From the NCBI GenBank assembly GCA_030586555.1, contig JAURAC010000049.1, forward strand, positions 1-15,416: a DNA stretch of 15,416 bases, in the 5' to 3' direction. Below are positions 15,190 to 15,416 of this stretch, piece by piece. The DNA comes from Candidatus Subterrananammoxibius californiae (GTDB lineage Bacteria; Planctomycetota; Brocadiia; Brocadiales; Subterrananammoxibiaceae). The notes beneath the pieces are model-generated. The model was not told where the DNA came from and did no database searches. It worked only from the letters and a program-made list of their open reading frames with translations. Position numbers and translations under genes: made by a program. The number at the start of each line of letters is the position of its first letter. Position 1 is the stretch's first letter.

Positions 15190-15258
15190 AGGTGATAGGT
15201 AATAGGACATGGGTTATAAGTTTTTCACCTACCGCCTATGACCTACAACCAATTACCA
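15190..15258. repeat. Inverted pair of 7-bp tracts (AGGTNAT) filling the TPR-argH spacer
   Basis: aggtgat aggtaat aggacat gggttat aagtttt / ttcacct accgcct atgacct acaacca attacca. Confidence 0.8.
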
Positions 15259-15264
15259 ATCCTC

Positions 15265-15414
15265 TCAATCCTTTGCCTTTATTTCATCCAATTTCTTTTT
15301 AATATAATCGGACCTTTCGCCGTCTAATTCTATGTATCGCTCGTAGCATCTTATAGCGCCGAGTTCGTCATCAAGATTCTCTTCGTAAAGAAGACCGAGG
15401 TTGTAATAAGCATT
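15265..15414 (-). CDS. C-terminal fragment of a TPR protein, cut by the window edge
   Basis: Manual translation: NAYYNLGLLYEENLDDELGAIRCYERYIELDGERSDYIKKKLDEIKAKD*. Confidence 0.8.
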   Translation of the reverse strand, partial: NAYYNLGLLYEENLDDELGAIRCYERYIELDGERSDYIKKKLDEIKAKD

Positions 15415-15416
15415 TG

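Noticed and set aside
368..15191. Many antisense or overlapping ORFs in the track (e.g. 368-721, 2531-2761, 9842-10249, 12457-12873, 14787-15191)
   Set aside because: They are shadows of well-supported genes, with no motifs or independent signals.
1..15416. CRISPR array, tRNA/rRNA, riboswitch, IS or prophage
   Set aside because: There is no repeat-spacer periodicity, no recognisable RNA gene and no transposase, integrase or phage gene. The structure upstream of lysA is better explained as REP-like than as a lysine riboswitch.

Overview
A low-GC bacterial chromosomal window. The EF-P loop (TPGNWR) and the repeat families suggest Planctomycetota, possibly Ca. Brocadiales; this is an inference only. 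The + strand carries the 3' part of a Fe3+/FbpABC-type ABC transporter operon. It converges on a long minus-strand housekeeping string: TPR (partial), argH, lysA, RMD1/DUF155-like, precorrin-2 dehydrogenase/ferrochelatase, Mth938-like, hemW, efp, polyprenyl synthetase, TPR protein. Six small toxin-antitoxin (TA) modules are wedged into this string. In four of them the toxin is absent, truncated or carries a premature stop. Less obvious layers: (i) a family of degenerate 7/8-bp tandem tracts with shared consensus RRGYNRY at most housekeeping gene junctions, some supplying start or stop codons; (ii) several palindromic repeat families, some absorbed in-frame into HemW and LysA; (iii) a diverged duplicate of the sirC-like 3' end flanking a fossil TA module whose antitoxin-like tail is now fused to the enzyme; (iv) a frameshifted four-CxxC zinc-ribbon gene missed by the ORF track. 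No CRISPR array, RNA gene, transposase or integrase was seen.
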